Part shown: positions 1 through 7,669 of the stretch, in pieces
Position numbering within the stretch: the first letter of the stretch is position 1
Layout of the letters: each line of letters starts with the position of its first letter
Source: Candidatus Poribacteria bacterium
GTDB lineage: Bacteria > Poribacteria > WGA-4E > WGA-3G
DNA length: 64,000 nt
Direction: 5' to 3'
NCBI GenBank assembly: GCA_965215265.1
Contig: OZ244048.1
Coordinates: 3,264,001-3,328,000, forward strand
Program-made: the position numbers and the translations under genes
Notes under the pieces: generated by a model
Told to the model about the DNA's origin: nothing
The model's database searches: none
The model's input: the letters and a program-made list of their open reading frames with translations, nothing else

Positions 1-2
1 TG

Positions 3-395
3 CGGGGTGGGCAGGAAGGACTGAAGTACCCGTGGGGCGACACGATAACGCCTGATGACACGAACTATGATTTGAATGTAGGGGATACGATGCTAGTGGG
101 GAGTTATGCGGCGAACGGATATGGGCTATATGACATGGCGGGCAACGTGTGGGAGTGGTGTCTGGACGAGTGGGAGCGGGATTTCTATTCTAAATCGCCG
201 TCGAGTAATCCGTTGAGTGGTGTGTCTGGTAGTACGCTAGCGAATGTGTATGAGATTGCAAATCATTTTACAGAAGTTAAGTCCTCTCGCGTGTAGCGCG
301 GCGGTAGCTGGTTCTCTGATAATCGCTACGGGCTTACTCCAACGTACGCGAGCGACTTCGGCGGGTTCCGGTGCACGAGGAGTGTAACGCCTTAA
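3..395 (+). pseudogene. 3' part of a formylglycine-generating-enzyme (FGE-sulfatase/SUMF1, C-lectin fold) domain gene with an in-frame TAG at 294-296; possible DGR target
   Basis: The frame from base 3 reads RGG..KYPWG..NGYGLYDMAGNVWEWC..SSRV*RGGSWFSDNRYGLTPTYASDFGGFRCTRSVTP*. The family motifs RGGSW and GFRC continue past the TAG. The 5' end is outside the window. Confidence 0.8.
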
Positions 396-437
396 ATCTT
401 TACCCCTTTACCCCTTCCGAGCCGCTGTTGCGCGGTT

Positions 438-513
438 TGTGAGCAGCCAAAGATAACGCCCGGGGTGTGATGGTGAGTAGGGCGTGTGCCGAATGCTATC
501 ACACCTCTTTCTC
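438..513 (+). repeat. ~75 bp stem-loop repeat, copy 1, upstream of the rpn gene
   Basis: ccaaagataa..cggggtgtgatggtgagtagg..tgtgccgaatgcta.. recurs at 1938-2012. ggggtgtgatggt can pair with gctatcacacctc. Confidence 0.85.
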
Positions 514-557
514 TTTCAGGCGATACCGATTTCTCTGCCTGATTTGTTTATCTCTGC

Positions 558-586
558 TTGATAATGATTCCCTGATGTGTTATCAT
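558..586 (+). promoter_or_regulatory. sigma70-type promoter, upstream member of a tandem pair
   Basis: TTGATA-17 nt-TATCAT with TGn extension. Confidence 0.45.
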
Positions 587-619
587 AAATAAAAAGTAGC
601 CGTTTTGAGAAAAAAGCAC

Positions 620-649
620 TTGACAACTGATACGTTTTAGGAGTATAAT
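620..649 (+). promoter_or_regulatory. sigma70 consensus promoter for rpn
   Basis: TTGACA(620-625)-18 nt-TATAAT(644-649). This makes ATG650 unlikely and favours ATG686. Confidence 0.75.
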
Positions 650-685
650 ATGCAGAAGGGGGACATCCACGACTTTTTGTCCGAG

Positions 686-1750
686 ATGTCTATTTCGAAC
701 TTTTCCGATCGGAGCATACGCCGCCTATTAGAAAACAAGGAAAACGTCCGGGGCTTGTTAGAAATCGTTGCGGCAGAACTCGCCGAACTGATTGACTTTG
801 AGCACCTGGTTCTAATCAATAGGAGTCTGCTGCCCGCCACTCTCCGAGAACAAGAGGCAGACATTGTGTATCGGGTGCCCTTCAAAAGTGATACGGATGA
901 GGGTAGTGAGGAGCTGCTCATCTATCTGCTGATTGAACACCAATCGACGGTAGATGCGACGATGGGGTTTCGTGTGCTTTTCTACATGATGCTGATTTGG
1001 GACGCAGAGCGGCGGCGGTGGGCGGCAGAGAAAGTGCCGAGAAGAGAGCGTGTATTGCCGCCGATTTTGCCCGTGGTGTTTTACACGGGGGAGCGGCGGT
1101 GGGAAAAGCCACTGACACTTGAGGCGCTGATGAATCTGCCCGCGGCGCTCTCTAGATTCGTTTCGAGATTTGACATCCTGTTTCTGAATCTGAAAGGCAC
1201 AGACAAGGCGACGCTGACAGAGGCGGCTCATCCGTTCGGGTGGCTGATGAGAGTGCTTCAACAAGGAGATTCAGACAAAGCGTCTATAAGGCGTGCCTTA
1301 GTGGAGACTTTGACGCAGTTGGCGACGCTTGATGCTGCGGATTCGGGGCAGCGTAGGGAAGCGATAATGTATCTGGTATCGCTGATTGTGCATCGGCGTT
1401 CAAAGGAAGAACAGGAAGAGTTGATAGAGTTGGTAGACCGGCATACGAGTGATATGGAGGTAGCACCGATGGCAGAGACAATGGCCGAATTCCTCTTCGA
1501 ACGAGGCATAGCACAAGGCATGGAAAAAGGGCGAGAAGAAGGGCGAGAAGAAGGGCGAGAACAGGGGGCGTGCCAGACGGCTATCAAAAATATAACCGCC
1601 GTCCTCAACGCGCGATTCCCTGACCGTGATATAGAGCCTGCCACGCAGAAACTCGAAACGCTTTCTAACCTAGAACACCTCGAGCAATTGCTGCTGACAG
1701 CCGTCAAAGCCGACAGTTTTGAAGCATTCCTACAAGCTTTAGAGTTATAG
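686..1750 (+). CDS. Rpn family recombination-promoting nuclease/putative transposase (YhgA-like PD-(D/E)XK); RpnL toxin
   Basis: Motifs EADIVY, LLIEHQS, PILPVVFYTG, and a C-terminal tail with GREE repeats. Confidence 0.9.
   Translation: MSISNFSDRSIRRLLENKENVRGLLEIVAAELAELIDFEHLVLINRSLLPATLREQEADIVYRVPFKSDTDEGSEELLIYLLIEHQSTVDATMGFRVLFYMMLIWDAERRRWAAEKVPRRERVLPPILPVVFYTGERRWEKPLTLEALMNLPAALSRFVSRFDILFLNLKGTDKATLTEAAHPFGWLMRVLQQGDSDKASIRRALVETLTQLATLDAADSGQRREAIMYLVSLIVHRRSKEEQEELIELVDRHTSDMEVAPMAETMAEFLFERGIAQGMEKGREEGREEGREQGACQTAIKNITAVLNARFPDRDIEPATQKLETLSNLEHLEQLLLTAVKADSFEAFLQALEL
1469..1750 (+). CDS. putative internally initiated RpnS antitoxin (93 aa, in frame with RpnL)
   Basis: GGAGGT(1456-1461), 7 nt spacer, ATG1469; MAETMAEFLFERG.. 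precedes the GREE repeats, as in characterised Rpn toxin-antitoxin genes. Confidence 0.65.
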   Translation: MAETMAEFLFERGIAQGMEKGREEGREEGREQGACQTAIKNITAVLNARFPDRDIEPATQKLETLSNLEHLEQLLLTAVKADSFEAFLQALEL

Positions 1751-1836
1751 GACGGCATGCCTGGAACACCATGGCCGGCACCGGGCTGCTCTTGTCGGGG
1801 TGTCAGGTAGGAACCCTACCATTATTATACCCCCTC

Positions 1837-1930
1837 ACAAGCGGAGCATGGAAGGTTGCGTACAGTTTTGAAGCGTTCCTACAAGCCTTGCACACTTAGA
1901 CTGACAAGCGGAGCATGGAAGGTTGCGTAC
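1837..1930. repeat. repeat(27)-spacer(40)-repeat(27) unit; the spacer resembles an rpn 3' end
   Basis: acaagcggagcatggaaggttgcgtac is identical at 1837-1863 and 1904-1930. 1862-1886 matches 1713-1737 at 24/25. Confidence 0.85.
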
Positions 1931-1937
1931 TATACCG

Positions 1938-2012
1938 TGTGAGATGAACCAAAGATAAACCCGGGGTGTGATGGTGAGTAGGCAATGTGCCGAATGCTAC
2001 TACACTTCTCTC
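1938..2012 (+). repeat. ~75 bp stem-loop repeat, copy 2, downstream of the rpn gene
   Basis: Diverged direct copy of 438-513. Confidence 0.85.
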
Positions 2013-2079
2013 GATCGTGATTCTCTGATTCCGACCTGCCCGTGCTAAATGCCCAAGGAATTCCATGCCGCCGCCATTC

Positions 2080-2108
2080 TTGACTTAAAATTGCGAAGTC
2101 GCTATAAT
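2080..2108 (+). promoter_or_regulatory. sigma70 promoter for the PhyH gene
   Basis: TTGACT-17 nt-TATAAT. Confidence 0.7.
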
Positions 2109-2146
2109 TCTCAAAAATCGGGCCAGATTAGGAAGGACAACCTATT

Positions 2147-2971
2147 ATGAAGTATTTGACGGATCTCCAGCGAAAGCAGTGGCAGGAAGAAGGTTTTCTA
2201 CTCATCAAGCAGGTGCTCTCACCTGCTGAAATTAAGGGACTTTTAACAGTTGTGGATGCAGTCATTGAAGCTTACTGCCAGCGGACATCAAGTTTACAAG
2301 GCACACGCTTTGGGAAAGGAGCCTATACGATTATCCGCGCGATTGAGCAGACAGCGGCGCTTGATGCGCTCACCGACCATCCCCGGACGTTCGGAACTAT
2401 CCTTTCGCTAATGGGTCCCTATCTTCAAATCATGGGCACGCAAATCTATGTGCGGCACCCTGATGAGGCAGCATTGATGGCCTTTCATACTGATGCAGGT
2501 CCTTCACTCCAGCACATCCACCCACACGCGGATAGTCTCCCACTGCAATTCAAAGTCCAATTCTTCTTGACAGAGCTTTCGCAACCTAACCAAGGCAACT
2601 TCATGTGTGTGCCGGGCAGTCATAAGCGGCCTTTTAAAGGGAATTTTGAGAAAGGCACCTACCCAGACGGTGCGATGCAACTGCTCGCAGAGGCGGGCGA
2701 CGCGGTTATCTTCCCTTGGGCTTTATGGCACGGGGTTGGCCCAAACCGGACAGGGCGCATCCGCAAAAGTGTGACGTTCCGATACGGGCAAATGTGGTGC
2801 CGCCCTTATGACTATGAGAGCCTACCGGTGGAGGTTCTGGACCGGATGACACCGCGCCGCCGCCGACTTTTTGGCGATATGGGAGAAAACCACCACCCCA
2901 CTGACTATTACAAGCCTCACGATCAGCTCGAAATTATCTGTGGCGATGAGTGGCACGTCTGGCAAGAGTAA
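2147..2971 (+). CDS. phytanoyl-CoA dioxygenase (PhyH) family Fe(II)/2OG oxygenase
   Basis: EEGFLLIKQVL start, HTD facial-triad motif, VPGSHK, AGDAVIF..LWHG..NRT..RKS. Confidence 0.9.
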   Translation: MKYLTDLQRKQWQEEGFLLIKQVLSPAEIKGLLTVVDAVIEAYCQRTSSLQGTRFGKGAYTIIRAIEQTAALDALTDHPRTFGTILSLMGPYLQIMGTQIYVRHPDEAALMAFHTDAGPSLQHIHPHADSLPLQFKVQFFLTELSQPNQGNFMCVPGSHKRPFKGNFEKGTYPDGAMQLLAEAGDAVIFPWALWHGVGPNRTGRIRKSVTFRYGQMWCRPYDYESLPVEVLDRMTPRRRRLFGDMGENHHPTDYYKPHDQLEIICGDEWHVWQE

Positions 2972-2993
2972 CCCCCGGTCATATCGCACCTGG

Positions 2994-3914
2994 CTAATTC
3001 GCGTGCTGCTCCAATTTCTGAAATAGGTCCCGGAAGATTGCATCTCGATTGACCCCTGTTGCAACGCGGATGAGGTGACGGCTGTCATCAAAACTCCACG
3101 TCATCGCATCTGTTAAGATGGGACTGTGGACAACCGAGCTCGGCACCCAATCGCTATTGAGCAGGTACGCTGTTGCAGAGATGTCCCATATCACTTTTGA
3201 CCAGGCGAAGTGGTCTGTCTGGTAAGCTTTGAAAATTTCAACGAGGTAATCCCCTACTTTTCCTTGTCCTTGGACGTAACGCTCCATTTCAGCGACAGTT
3301 GTAAGCAGGTGTGAGACAACCCCACGCGCGGGGAGATGGACAAAAGGCACACCGCAATCGAGTACGAGTTGTGCACTGCGTACATCTTGTTGAAGGTTAA
3401 ATTCTCTGGTGTGTTGCCAGTACAACGGATTGCCCCCCAACCAGACGACAACTATCCGTTTAATAATTTCCGGTTCAAGTAAAATGGCAGATGCAACGTT
3501 GGTTATTGCCCCGATGGCGACGACGTAGAGGGGTTCGGTTGTACTTGCCATCGCCCGTTCAATCAGGTGTGTTGTTGCATCGCTAGAAACGGGCTTGGCT
3601 ATATTTGTCAGAAATGCGTTTGCCCCGCGATAGACGAACCGATCGGCGGAAATATCCAAGAAATCTAACAGTCTAAGGATTTCAGCATAACTTTTTTCCA
3701 TGCCGTCCTCGGGTCCGTCGGCCCGATTGTTGTTAAAAGGGGCAGCATATATTGCTTCTACGTTGAGTTGTTCGGGCGATAACATTGCGTGAACAACGGC
3801 AAACTGGTCATCGATTTCATTATAGGTGTCGGTGTCAAGCACCATCCGGACACGCCCCGTTGGCGGATGTAGCATCTCCAGACGTTTTGCCTCAGTCAGC
3901 GGTGGGAAATTCAT
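2994..3914 (-). CDS. inosine/uridine-preferring nucleoside hydrolase family protein
   Basis: VLDTDTYNEIDD, AIGAITNVA, WLGG, EFNL, SKVIWD motifs. ATG3914 has AAGG upstream; TTG3920 is an alternative start. Confidence 0.9.
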   Translation of the reverse strand: MNFPPLTEAKRLEMLHPPTGRVRMVLDTDTYNEIDDQFAVVHAMLSPEQLNVEAIYAAPFNNNRADGPEDGMEKSYAEILRLLDFLDISADRFVYRGANAFLTNIAKPVSSDATTHLIERAMASTTEPLYVVAIGAITNVASAILLEPEIIKRIVVVWLGGNPLYWQHTREFNLQQDVRSAQLVLDCGVPFVHLPARGVVSHLLTTVAEMERYVQGQGKVGDYLVEIFKAYQTDHFAWSKVIWDISATAYLLNSDWVPSSVVHSPILTDAMTWSFDDSRHLIRVATGVNRDAIFRDLFQKLEQHAN

Positions 3915-4220
3915 TTTCAACCTTTCAAGTTTTTAGTATTCTACTTCTAAACTCTATGCTATAAAATGGATTTGTAATCTACGCCTAAAACAAGCCTCTA
4001 TCTTGAAGCTTACAGTGAGCAGTATATCACATTTTCATATTTTTTCCTATGATATGGCATTATTGATACCGTACCCAATAACAAGCTTATCCTCGCGCTT
4101 TTTCAGACCTCTACCGATAAATGATTCTGAGAAGTAGGACGTTATGTCTATAAAGATAGGCGACATAACGTTTAGCGAAGCTTTCACTTCACCCTATTAA
4201 AATTCAGATACGAGATTTTT

Positions 4221-4250
4221 TTGACATAAATCACGGTTTTAGTGTATAAT
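4221..4250 (+). promoter_or_regulatory. sigma70 consensus promoter
   Basis: TTGACA-18 nt-TATAAT, 40 nt upstream of the GT2 start. Confidence 0.75.
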
Positions 4251-4290
4251 TTTAAGATAATATAACGTTACTAAGATATAACGAAAATAA

Positions 4291-4953
4291 ATGAACGTGT
4301 GCTTGCTTCTGCCGGCTTACAATGAATCTCGTGCTATCGGTGTGATAATTCAGGAAGCATCAGAGTTCGTCAGTGATATAATTGTTATTGACGACGGTTC
4401 CACGGATAACACAGCCGAGATTGCAGCAGCAAAGGGTGCGCTCTGTTTGTCTAACCCGACTAATCGTGGAAAAGGGGTTGCCCTGCGAAAAGGCTTTGGA
4501 TACGCGCTCAACAAGGGATACGAACTCGTTTTGACGATGGACAGCGATGGACAGCATGAACCGTCGGATATACCGCGATTTTTTGAGCATTTCAAGCGGA
4601 CACAGCCAGATATACTCATTGGTGCCCGTCTCAAAGCCCGCGAGACGATGCCTTTGCTAAGACGGCTCAATAACGGGGTGATTTCGTCTGTAGGTTCCAA
4701 GTTATGTGGGCAGCGCATCCCTGATTTCCAATCCGGATATCGCCTGATTCAGACAGCAGTCTTACGACAGATATCTCTAAAAACAGAGCGGTATGAGACT
4801 GAGGCGGAGCTGCTGATTAAAGCTGCGCGGCTCGGTTTTCGTATAGAAAGTCTGCCGATTTACGCCCGCTATGGGGATTACATCAGTTATATTAAACCGT
4901 TCCGGGAGATACGTCTTTTTACGAAGTTATTGTTGTCGCTACGGGACATCTAA
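4291..4953 (+). CDS. glycosyltransferase family 2 (DPM1/polyprenol-phosphate glycosyltransferase-like)
   Basis: PAYNE, VIDDGSTD, NRGKG, MDSDGQH, DFQSGYR. Confidence 0.92.
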   Translation: MNVCLLLPAYNESRAIGVIIQEASEFVSDIIVIDDGSTDNTAEIAAAKGALCLSNPTNRGKGVALRKGFGYALNKGYELVLTMDSDGQHEPSDIPRFFEHFKRTQPDILIGARLKARETMPLLRRLNNGVISSVGSKLCGQRIPDFQSGYRLIQTAVLRQISLKTERYETEAELLIKAARLGFRIESLPIYARYGDYISYIKPFREIRLFTKLLLSLRDI

Positions 4954-5004
4954 TCTAAAAAAGGGCTTGCTGTGTCTAGAGTTGTCAAATCGTCTACGTG
5001 TGGG

Positions 5005-5083
5005 AGTGGCAGGATAGGTTTTCTTGTCTCTCCTGCAAGGAGAGAGGAGTTGGGCGGGTGGGAGCCACCTGCCACCCACTGGG
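5005..5083. repeat. palindromic REP/MITE-like family, copy 1
   Basis: agtggcaggatagg..tctctcctgcaaggagaga..acctgccacccactggg; related to 7538-7607, 9425-9550 and 13305-13441. Confidence 0.8.
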
Positions 5084-5114
5084 AGCCTCTTTATGCTATG
5101 CCCAAGGAATCTCC

Positions 5115-5176
5115 GACGAGATTTACACACGAGTGCTCACGACATAAGCGTTGACGGTACGGAGATATACGAAAAA
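5115..5176 (+). repeat. ~62 bp direct repeat, copy 1, before the DUF368 gene
   Basis: gacgagatttacacacg..cgttga(c/t)ggtacggagatatacgaaaaa recurs at 6291-6353. Confidence 0.85.
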
Positions 5177-6208
5177 ATGAATGCTATTCGGCACATTGTC
5201 AACGGTTTTCTGATAGGCCTAGCGAATATCATTCCCGGTATGAGCGGTGGAACCCTCGCGCTGGTTTTAGGAATTTATGAACGGCTTATCGCTGCATTAC
5301 GCAACATAGGTAAGCCATCAACTGTAAAAAAACTGCTTCGTGTTTTCACGTTGCGTAAGGAGTCAGTTAGGCAAGCGTTAGCAGAATTGCAGCATCGGGA
5401 TATTGGATTCCTTGCACTTTTAGGCGTGGGTGCCGTTGCCTCCGTATTGTTGACATCCAAACTCATCGTCTACGTGCTAAGTCACCATCATGATGCCACG
5501 TACGGCTTCTTTAGTGGCCTGATTCTGGCATCAATTTGGATACCTGCACGAATGCTTTCCCGGTTCGGCAGTAAGGAGTTACTCGTGCTGCTCGTCGCTG
5601 TGGCATTAATACTTAGCCTTTCTTTTACTACAGGAACAGCTGCTTTGGCAGAAGCAGAAGTTGCGAGTGATGGCTCTACGTCAGTTCCATCTCTCTTAGA
5701 GTTAGGAATATTTTTGGGCGGCGGTGCGCTTGCTATCTCCGCGATGATCTTGCCGGGCATCAGCGGTTCTTTTCTGATGTTGGCGTTTGGGCTCTACTTC
5801 CCGATGCTCGCCGCTATCCAGCATGTTTTGGACGGTGCAGCCCAAACCTTGACGACAGGACATTTAAACCCTGAGCTGTTAAGTAACGTTCTCCGATTGG
5901 TTTGCTTCGTGCTGGGATGTTTATTGGGGTTGGTGGCGTTTACACGTCTGCTGAATTATCTATTGGAAAGTTACCGTAATCTTACAATCGCTTTTCTAAT
6001 TGGCTTGATGGTGGGTTCACTCTACGGCCTGTGGCCATTCCGCGATTTTGAGATGGTTGCTGGCGAACGTATGGATACCACGCATCTTCTCCCGCAATTG
6101 GATACAAACTTCCTGATAACGCTAACAATGTTTCTAATTGGTGTCGGTGTTATTCTCGGTTTTATCTGCTTAGGAATGGGAAAGACGAACCTACGTAAAA
6201 ATCCGTAG
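5177..6208 (+). CDS. DUF368 membrane protein (undecaprenyl-phosphate translocase family)
   Basis: GLANIIPGMSGGTLALVLGIYE and AMILPGISGS repeats. Start moved to ATG5177 because the ORF-track extension lies in repeat DNA. Confidence 0.9.
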   Translation: MNAIRHIVNGFLIGLANIIPGMSGGTLALVLGIYERLIAALRNIGKPSTVKKLLRVFTLRKESVRQALAELQHRDIGFLALLGVGAVASVLLTSKLIVYVLSHHHDATYGFFSGLILASIWIPARMLSRFGSKELLVLLVAVALILSLSFTTGTAALAEAEVASDGSTSVPSLLELGIFLGGGALAISAMILPGISGSFLMLAFGLYFPMLAAIQHVLDGAAQTLTTGHLNPELLSNVLRLVCFVLGCLLGLVAFTRLLNYLLESYRNLTIAFLIGLMVGSLYGLWPFRDFEMVAGERMDTTHLLPQLDTNFLITLTMFLIGVGVILGFICLGMGKTNLRKNP

Positions 6209-6290
6209 TTTTTTTCCGATTTTACGATGTCCCGTGATTGAGGAGCTTGCGAGATAAAGTGATTGAGGAATCATAGCCTAGTGAGGCTCT

Positions 6291-6353
6291 GACGAGATTT
6301 ACACACGCACTTCCAAAATCATAGACGTTGATGGTACGGAGATATACGAAAAA
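6291..6353 (+). repeat. ~62 bp direct repeat, copy 2, before nadK
   Basis: Matches 5115-5176. Confidence 0.85.
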
Positions 6354-6409
6354 GCCAGAAAGGGAATGGCTGGCACCCATGCGACGATAAACAAGAAAAT
6401 TAGGTAGAC

Positions 6410-7399
6410 ATGAAGATCGGTTTTTTTGTCAATACTACCAAAGAAAACGCAGCAGAGCTGGTTGCAGAATTAACCCGATGGTTAAAGCAGCAGGATGTTG
6501 TCTCGCTGCTTCCGGATGAACAAGCAGAAAAACTTGGCTTTGCCAAAACAGGGTTGAGTACCGCCGAAATCGTGGAACGTTCGGACGTGCTTTTGGTGCT
6601 TGGTGGAGATGGTACCTTGCTGAGTGCGGCACATACCCCACGGATTGAAAAGGTCCCGATTCTCGCGATGAATCTCGGGACGCTCGGTTTTTTGACGGAT
6701 GCCTCGCTTGACGAACTTTACCCGACGTTGAAAGCGACGTTGAATGGGGACTATCGGGTAGAGCATAGGATGATGTTAGAAGTCGTTGTGAACGGTGATT
6801 TTCAGGGCAATTCCACGAAGCTCAGAAGTCAAACCGCTAGCAGTTTACCGCCGATGGTTGGGGAGCAGGGCTTTGCGCATGCCGATGAAAAACCGTTTCA
6901 AGCGTTCGCCCTTAATGATGTTGTGCTCCGGCACTATACACATCTGATTGAATTAGAGGCGTACATTGATGGGGAGTTTTTTATTCCATATAACGCTGAT
7001 GGACTGATTATCGCGACACCGAGTGGCTCGACTGGGTACTCGCTGTCGTGTGGGGGTACAATTGTCGCGCCGCAGGTGAAGGCGATGCTGATGACTCCCA
7101 TTGCGCCCCATAGCCTCACAGTGCGTCCTTTCATCGCCCATAGCGACGCGGAGATTCACGTCAAAATGCGTGCAGCAGATGGAAATGTTGATGTCTTCGT
7201 TGATGGGCAGCGGGAAACACACGCTTTGGGCACGGAGGCAATCATACGTGTCAGGAAGGCTGAACGGACTATTCAGCTCATCCGTTCACAACACCATAGT
7301 TATTATGGAGTGCTACGCGAGAAGCTAATGTTGGGGGAAAGTAGAAAGGGAACCGGGAGATATCGCAAACCTTTGCCTAAGGAAATGAATTTTTTGTAA
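6410..7399 (+). CDS. nadK: NAD(+) kinase
   Basis: LGGDGTLL, NLGTLGFL, ALND, DGLIIATPSGSTGYSLSCGG; next to recN as usual. Confidence 0.95.
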   Translation: MKIGFFVNTTKENAAELVAELTRWLKQQDVVSLLPDEQAEKLGFAKTGLSTAEIVERSDVLLVLGGDGTLLSAAHTPRIEKVPILAMNLGTLGFLTDASLDELYPTLKATLNGDYRVEHRMMLEVVVNGDFQGNSTKLRSQTASSLPPMVGEQGFAHADEKPFQAFALNDVVLRHYTHLIELEAYIDGEFFIPYNADGLIIATPSGSTGYSLSCGGTIVAPQVKAMLMTPIAPHSLTVRPFIAHSDAEIHVKMRAADGNVDVFVDGQRETHALGTEAIIRVRKAERTIQLIRSQHHSYYGVLREKLMLGESRKGTGRYRKPLPKEMNFL

Positions 7400-7416
7400 A
7401 GGGGAGCGCCATGAGA

Positions 7417-7530
7417 GCAGCTGCTTTGACAATGACTATACAAATCTCGTCAGAGGTTTTTTGTAGGTTGGCGTACCATAAAGGCAGCTGCTTTGATAGC
7501 AACTATACAAATCTCGTCAGAGGCTTTTTA
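7417..7530. repeat. imperfect tandem duplication, period 67 bp
   Basis: gcagctgctttga..actatacaaatctcgtcagagg at 7417 and 7484; a partial third copy near 7609-7636. Confidence 0.8.
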
Positions 7531-7537
7531 TGCCATT

Positions 7538-7607
7538 CCAGCGGGTGGCAGGTAAAAGGTAATCTTCTCTGTTCTTCAGGACAGACAAAGATACCTATCC
7601 TGCCACT
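7538..7607. repeat. palindromic REP/MITE-like family, copy 2 (inverted)
   Basis: The reverse complement of 7538-7564 matches 13414-13440; the copy ends in cctatcctgccact. Confidence 0.8.
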
Positions 7608-7669
7608 TGTAGACAAATCTCGCTAGAGGCTTTTTGTGCCGTGGTTACTTCTTGTTGAGCGGTAAAAAA

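Noticed and set aside
294-296. In-frame TAG as pyrrolysine or recoded stop
   Set aside because: The position is a variable, non-catalytic one (RVxRGG), other genes in the window end normally in TAG, and the segment also looks shortened. A nonsense change is simpler.
650-685. ORF-track start ATG650 for rpn
   Set aside because: It lies directly after the TATAAT box, upstream of the expected transcription start. ATG686 is preferred, though AGGAG at 639-643 keeps 650 possible from the upstream promoter.
5024-5176. 51-aa N-terminal extension of DUF368
   Set aside because: It consists of repeat DNA; family homology starts at ATG5177.
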